This document shows positions 56,482 to 64,000 of a stretch of 64,000 bases of DNA, one piece after another. This DNA is from Octopus vulgaris (lineage: Eukaryota). The position numbers and the translations under genes were made by a program. How positions within the stretch are numbered: position 1 is the first letter of the stretch; each line of letters starts with the position of its first letter. Below the pieces are notes generated by a model. The model had not been told where the DNA came from, searched no databases, and saw nothing but the letters and a program-made list of their open reading frames with translations. The stretch is taken from NCBI GenBank assembly GCA_951406725.2, contig OX597827.1, positions 66,464,001 through 66,528,000 of the forward strand, given 5' to 3'.

Positions 56482-56610
56482 CGACGGGCTTCTTTCAGTT
56501 TCCGCCTGCCAAATCCACTCACGATAGTAGAAAACACCCAAGTTGCCACGCAGTGGGATTGAACCCGGAACCATGTGTTTGGTAAGCAAGGTACTTACCA
56601 CACAGCCAGT
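56143..56610 (-). mobile_element. SINE family A
   Basis: Reverse complement of head, body and tail; an older plus-strand 3' half lies at ~55800-56010. Confidence 0.9.
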
Positions 56611-57084
56611 CGTACGTCTATAAGGAAAATTAAAAAGAAATCCGAGAAAACACAAACTCAAAAATAATAAAAATTACACAAAAGAAATAACAAATAAAAG
56701 CTGGAGACAGCTGCTTGAGTGGGGGAAAAATGAGTAAAAAGATTATGATGTCATCGAATTTAGTTTGTTTACAGCCCTGTAAAACTAACCGCTCGGTGAA
56801 AAAAAAGGGAGATTTGTGACGATTTGTTCGTGCTAAAATCTCTCCAATCGCATTGCCGAAATTGTTGCGGTCCAACGACTGAACAAGTAAAACATAACAG
56901 ATATGTTCCACGTGAATATGTGTAACTAAACTGTATGTGCGAATGTGTATGTGAAGTGTATGACTGAGCTGCGACACACCGAAAATAATCACATCATGTA
57001 TGTCCTAAATTGTGTCAGATACTTTTTATGGAAGACATAAACAAGATTCTGAAGTAAGACATTTTTGTTTATTTAAATGTCGGT

Positions 57085-57467
57085 TTCTTTATTGCCCACT
57101 AGGGGCTAAACACAGAGAGGACAAACAAGGACAGACAAACGGATTAAGTCGATTATATCGACCCCAGTGCGTAACTCGTCCTTAATTTATCGTCCCCGAA
57201 AGGATGAAAGGCAAAGTCGACCACGGCGGAATTTGAACTCAGAACGTAGCGGCAGATGAAATACCTATATCTTTACTACCCAGAGGGGACTAAACACAAA
57301 GGGATTAAATCGATTATATTGACCCCAGTGCATAACTGGTACTTAATTTATCGACCCCGAAAGGATGAAGGGCAAAGTCGACCTCGGCGAAATTTGAACA
57401 GGGAACGTAAAGACATACGAAATACCGCTAAGCATTTAACCCAGACGATTCTGCCCGCTCACCGCCA
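57085..57467 (-). mobile_element. SINE family C dimer
   Basis: Junction gaaatac|ctatatcttt at ~57260. Confidence 0.88.
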
Positions 57468-59024
57468 TAAACTAGTATATGACCGACGTCATATACTTGC
57501 TAGACACAGGCACAACATATTATCTATCCTAAAAGCATTTACACTCATGTTTATACATATCTGTGTATTATGTATATGGCGGTCTTGTTCATATTTTGAC
57601 TAAATATACTTAGAATAATTTGGTGAACCGATCATATGCTAGGATAATGTCTTCGAATATGATCGGTTCTTCCTGATCAATGTCTTTTTATTGCGGGATC
57701 GAACCTAGGATTGTGTTGTTTCAAAGTGAATATCTCAACACTGCATTACTCCATAGTGTCTCCGCCCACAATGAAAAACCTCTAAAATATTGAAATTTTC
57801 CAAAAAGTTATCTTGACTTGTCTTAACTTTTTACATAAATTATACTTGTATCATTTCTTCGTATTTTATTCTCTCGTACTGACCTCTCCTTTGGGTAGTA
57901 AATAATTCCTAATTGTGAAAGCATAATAGTTGATTTTCTTAATCTCTCTCATCGTTTTACTTAATTTTATTTTAATTCTCGAAGTTTTAAAGAAAATGTT
58001 TTCAAAAATGTTTTCTTCTGTATTTTCCTGACTCGCTACCAATTCATCATGACCAGGAATTTTTACACCAGAATCAAAGTTACTCGAAAATAATAAAAAA
58101 AATGAATAAAAAAGAAATGAATATAAATAAGAACTTAGCTAAACAAATGTCTTTATTTCTGAATTTATTTATGAGTCTATTTACGAGTTTTCAGTAATAT
58201 TATCGTGTTTATAACAAAATTGTTTCTGGCGGTTGTTGTCTCAACTATATCTTTTACTTTTAATTTTATATTTGAGTTACATAGATTTTATCACGTAATT
58301 AGCTACTACGATTTTATTTTTACATTTCTTAATCGAATTTTATTTCTGTAGTTCTGTTTATATCATTATCATTATTATTATTATTATTTTTAAATTTCTT
58401 CCTCTTTCCATCTTCTGCTACTCATCTATTCTTAATGACATTTATATTATAATGTTGTACACATGATCACATTTATCTGTATAATTTTTATGATTATAGT
58501 TGCTATTGTTTAGACATTTTAATATTTTATGTAATCTATATATTTCAAGTTGTATTTTTTTTTTATTTGATTATTCAGGAATACAAATTCAGTGCCCTGG
58601 CGAAATTTTTTACTTCTTTGTTTCATTCTCTCATTGATAAAGAATCATATTGTTAATATTCTGCATTATCATTACTCTTTCTTTCTTTTTTTTTTTTTTT
58701 TGCAAAATTTTCCTTTCTTACGTTTTCTGAATATTTTATTTGTGTTTGTATTTTGTTCCTTTACCATTTCCCTTGCAATTAAACCAAATAAAAAAAAAAA
58801 ACGGGAAGTAAAGCCCCCTATAGAGAATACAATTATCATTAACACTCAAAATTCAATAATTACTGGTTTGACTCATATTTTTACTCTTTTCCATAAATCA
58901 TGTTTACAAACTTCTAGATGGAAAAATAGAGAAAAAAAGTTATAATATATTGTAACATTAACAATAACAATACTGATTCAAACATAAACGGAAACCAGAA
59001 CAATGATAATGATACTACTACTGC

Positions 59025-59093
<69 letters not shown>

Positions 59094-61094
59094 ATTAACG
59101 TGTTCGTTCAATTTATTTGTCACCCGGGCCCATTCAATCATTCATTTATTTACAAAAACGTGTTACAGATGGTTTGTAGGATGTGTTGGGTTTTAAGCAT
59201 AAAGAACTATGAAATATATTCTGGAACAGTTTAATACCTCTGCATAATATATTAATATATTATAGTCTGTTAGATAAATGCGGAGAATTCACACAAATTA
59301 TGGACACAGATATATGCACGCACAAACATTTATAAAGCGATTTTTTAAAAATACACTCCATCGCATCATGAAAAAGACACCACCGGCAAATTTACATAAT
59401 AAGAGATCACTGTGATTCTGACTGACCAGCTTCACTATTCCAATGCTTATTTAGTAATGCAAATCTATCGTTAGCATTTTCTGCGTTGGATAAGAACAAA
59501 AGCATCTTGTGCTCTTTCGCATAGTGTATTAAATGATGATACATCATTAATATAATTTTCAATAATATTATCTTATTTTCTATTCCTATCATGTTCTTCT
59601 TTCCTCCTCTACAGGCAGCACGTTATCACAACCATTTCAATACATTTAGAAACTGGTAGTATTACACCTCACTTTCTCACCAAAGCTATGAGTCTTCAAC
59701 GTGTCCTCAATGAAGAAGTTACATCTCTTGCTTGGTAGATGGAACAGTATGGATTCCATCGAGCAGGGGGTAAAGTATATAAGAATGCGTGTTTGGTGTT
59801 TCATACCGATGATAAGGTGAAGTGAGTTGTTACTTAATATATATCTCCCCACAGGCTGACGCTGAAAAAATATGAAAAGAAGAGGTGTAAATATTAGTAA
59901 CTTTAGGTTTGGGCTTGTTGTCATAACTGTTTGTAAAGTAAAAGCAATCGGTTACCGGAGAACAGATATAGAAAAATCATGAAATGTGAAAAGTTATGCG
60001 TGACTGACGTAACAGCTCTTAGGAGTGCTTATGCTAACACACTTCTTCCTTATCCTTTGATATGTCTGTTTCTCAAGTATAGAGGGACTAATTTTTTGTG
60101 AGCCACCCTTCCACGTTTTAAGTATTGATCACTTCTTTCTGATTTTGGGTGATCGCAAATCTATCTCTACTACTAATACTAGAAACCTTATAGGGAATGT
60201 TATTATTTTCATAATTAAGGCGGCTGAAGAGGTAAAATCTTTAGTATGCAAGGTAAAGTGCTTAACGGCATTTCGTCCGTCCTTGCGTTCTGGGTTCAAA
60301 TTCTGCTGAGGTCAATTTTGTCGTTCATCCTCTCAGGGTCGATAAAATAAGAAATAGCTGAGTACTGGGGTCTTGTGCCAAAATGTGAAGCTCTTAGTTA
60401 CGAGTAATTCGTTTAAAATAACTGTGCTTCTTGTCGATTATGCTCATTTTATTGTCCAGAATCCTTATATTAAAAATATATGAAAAGTGGAATTATGAAA
60501 TTTTACTATTCATGCAAAATGTAATTGAAATTCTATTCGAGAGTAAGTGTCATAAAAAATATCTATCTCTTATATTACTTGATGCATTGTGTACTGTAAT
60601 ATTGACGTGTGAAATGGAGTGCGTCACTGTAGTGATAAGGGTATATTCACGCCTTTTATCATAAGAGAGATATTTTCTTTCACAGTAAACTGTTGTGAAA
60701 TTGCTCCTAGATGATAACATATCTCACGCGAATATTTCAACTAACCTGAAGTTTGTTTCCTTCACACAACAGCTTTGCGCTAATACTAATGTAATTGCCC
60801 AAAGTGTTAGCTCTACTAACGCAAATCACGCTGTATTCTTGTCTGATTAATTTCAAAGCTATGGCTTACAGTCAGCTCAGTGTTAGCTCCGTTTGGTATC
60901 ACTTAGTAAGGATGACATAACGACCCTGAAATGCATCTAGGTTTTCAGAACAGAATGCTACTAAGTTCATAGTTGAGCATTTAAACTGTTCACTGCAAGG
61001 AAGATTTTGTCTCTACGGTAAGCTGAAAACAATTTGCCTTTGTTCAAATCATATTTGAACTAACTTTGTTCAATTCCGGTCACCACTTCGTGTT

Positions 61095-61297
61095 ACAACT
61101 TATGTAAGTGCGTGTACACACACACACACATATATATACACACACATACATACACACACACACAAACACACATACTCACTTAAAAACTCAAGCACGTACA
61201 CACACACACACACATATATATACACACACATACACACACACACAAACACAAATACTCACTTAAACACTCAAGCACGTACACACACACACACACACAT

Positions 61298-61300
<3 letters not shown>
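61095..61300. repeat. 80-bp tandem duplication within (CA)n
   Basis: atactcacttaaa.actcaagcacgtaca at 61172 and 61252. Confidence 0.9.
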
Positions 61301-61339
<39 letters not shown>

Positions 61340-61917
61340 GTGCATATGTTTGTGTATCAATGTGTATAGACGTGTCTGTGTGTGTCTTTATATATGTGTA
61401 GGTCTATATGTATGAACATAAATATACATACACACACACACCACATATATATATATATACATATACGCGCGCACGCATGCATACACACAGGCTCTGTTTA
61501 CGGCACATGAAAGATGAAAGGGTATATCAAAACACTTTATCCATTTTATTTGATTCACAATATACGAAACAATCAGAGAATTTGTGGTTCTAAGAAATGC
61601 CATGCAAGACATTGTCAAAGAAAATATTTTGCCAGTTCGTATGACCTTCAATTGAACTTTCTGGTTCAATATTTACCATACAAAATACTGAAAAATATTT
61701 CCGTTACTAATAGATAACATAGACAATAAATACATGAGGAGATGAATCAGACTCTGTAGGTATAGAGGGGAACTGATTTTTGCAGCATGTGCTGTTTCGA
61801 TCCTGTGATTTAGATATGTGGGTCTGATGTTTACATTAGTGTTATGATAATCATGATAATGCAACGAAAACTGTCTCAGGCAGAATAAAGCGTAAACAAG
61901 ATAATTGAATAACTATG

Positions 61918-62161
61918 AAAGCGGCGAGCTGGCAGAAACGTTAGCACGCCGGGCGAAATGCGTGGCCGTATTTCGTCTGCCATGATAGATCGGTAGCCAC
62001 TAAACCCTTTTTTATTTTCTCTCCCTGCTTATTTTTATTTCTGTGTTCCTTCAAGCGTACGCTTGAAACATAAGAGACTTTCTCACTTCCCGAGCGTTAA
62101 ATTAATATATCTGTTTGTTGTTTACACACACGTCTTTTGTTTCTCTTTTGCAAATTTTCAG

Positions 62162-62165
<4 letters not shown>
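61918..62165 (+). mobile_element. SINE C head fused to a PLE-like end fragment with a deleted hammerhead core
   Basis: aagcggcgagctggcagaaacg...tttcgtctgc|catgatagatcggtagccactaaa...caagcgtacgcttgaaacataagagactttc. Confidence 0.75.
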
Positions 62166-62212
<47 letters not shown>

Positions 62213-62232
62213 CGTTATATAATTAGGGCTTA

Positions 62233-62313
<81 letters not shown>

Positions 62314-62744
62314 CATATACATATACATATACATGTATATGTATATATACATACACACACACATATATAGATATATGCATACATACATGTATATGGGGTG
62401 CATGACATACAGTAAAGTATCAATCTAGTTTTATAACAGCAATGTTTTCAATATAATTAAGACGGGTCTAAATATGTCTAGGAGACCGAAGATGTAAAAT
62501 TTCTGTAAAGTACACTGGACCAGTTTTGCATCATCTTTAAAATAATCATGCAATAAATCGATAAAAAACATGCAATAAATCGATAAAAATGTGGAGACAG
62601 CAATGTAACGCATTATTGGGAATCCTTCAATTTATACAATTCAAAGGTATTAAATTTTGAAGGAGATCAATTTTTGACATTCAAGTAGAGTCAATTTATG
62701 TCGGACTAAGTATACGATATTTCTATATTTTGATATATCCCGTA

Positions 62745-63279
<535 letters not shown>

Positions 63280-64000
63280 ATTTGCAGAAAGGAGTCATTG
63301 TGCGTTTGTGTTAGTGACCTTCTAATTTGCAATGATGCCAATGTACATGATAGAAGGCAACGCACTATTCGTTTTGGCTTTTGAATGATTATTTATAGAT
63401 TACGAAATTAGCATGAAAAACACCATAAGTTTGGAGCGCTGCCTCTCCAGTAAATGTCGAGATGATATCAATAAGCTTGACAAATCCTCAAGTATATTGG
63501 TTGGTACTTTTGCTTATATGATCTTATTATATGACCATCAGTTGCGCGAAGTGAAATCAAAACAATTTCTAATCTTGTGCATCTCTACTTACACATATAT
63601 GCACGATGTTTTTTTATAATAACATATCCTAGAAAGAAACATTGTATTAAAACCATATCATTCATTCTTCTGTCTTTTCATTAACATATGTACATGCAGA
63701 ATCATTAGCACGCCGACAACATTTTACCGACTCATCTTTGCTTCTTTTGTTCTGACTTCAAATTCGACTTTGTGTTTCATCTAGTAAGGTTCAATTAAAT
63801 AAGTAACATCTGAGCGTTGTGGTTGATCTAAGCGACTCATAACCATTCGGAAATTTCAGGATTTGCACGTGTCATAGAATGGAATATATATATGTATGGG
63901 AAAAAATCAAGAGAGAAAATGCTAAAGAAATTTTATAAAAAAAACATTTCAGTACCGGTTTCAGTCATTGAGACTTTTTCAACTGTAAGTATGGAAAACA

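Noticed and set aside
59590-59740. Possible exon after ttcttctttcctcctctacag
   Set aside because: Good acceptor but only a ~40-codon unrecognised frame and a weak donor; cannot be supported without transcripts

Overview
AT-rich, microsatellite-dense eukaryotic non-coding DNA (intergenic or long intron). The SINE repertoire resembles that of octopus/coleoid cephalopods; this is an inference from remembered repeat sequences, not a search. I found no host protein-coding gene. Almost all listed ORFs are translations of (TA)n, (CA)n, (TAA)n or (ACT)n repeats. The window holds more than 30 copies or fragments of tRNA-derived SINEs in 3-4 modular families. It also holds a dead DD37D (maT) transposase, a U6 snRNA retrocopy fused to a retroposon tail, a 28S rRNA fragment, a non-autonomous Helitron, R4/Dong-like and RTE-like LINE ends, Penelope-like (PLE) remnants with a minimal hammerhead ribozyme motif, and seven fold-back palindromes. 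The best novelty candidate is a Tx1/L1-like non-LTR retrotransposon lineage that appears to insert site-specifically into the tRNA-like head of one SINE family: two insertions share the same 5' junction and one has a 15-bp TSD. Also notable is a SINE at 35 kb that carries a copy of the unique 5' flank of a SINE at 15 kb.
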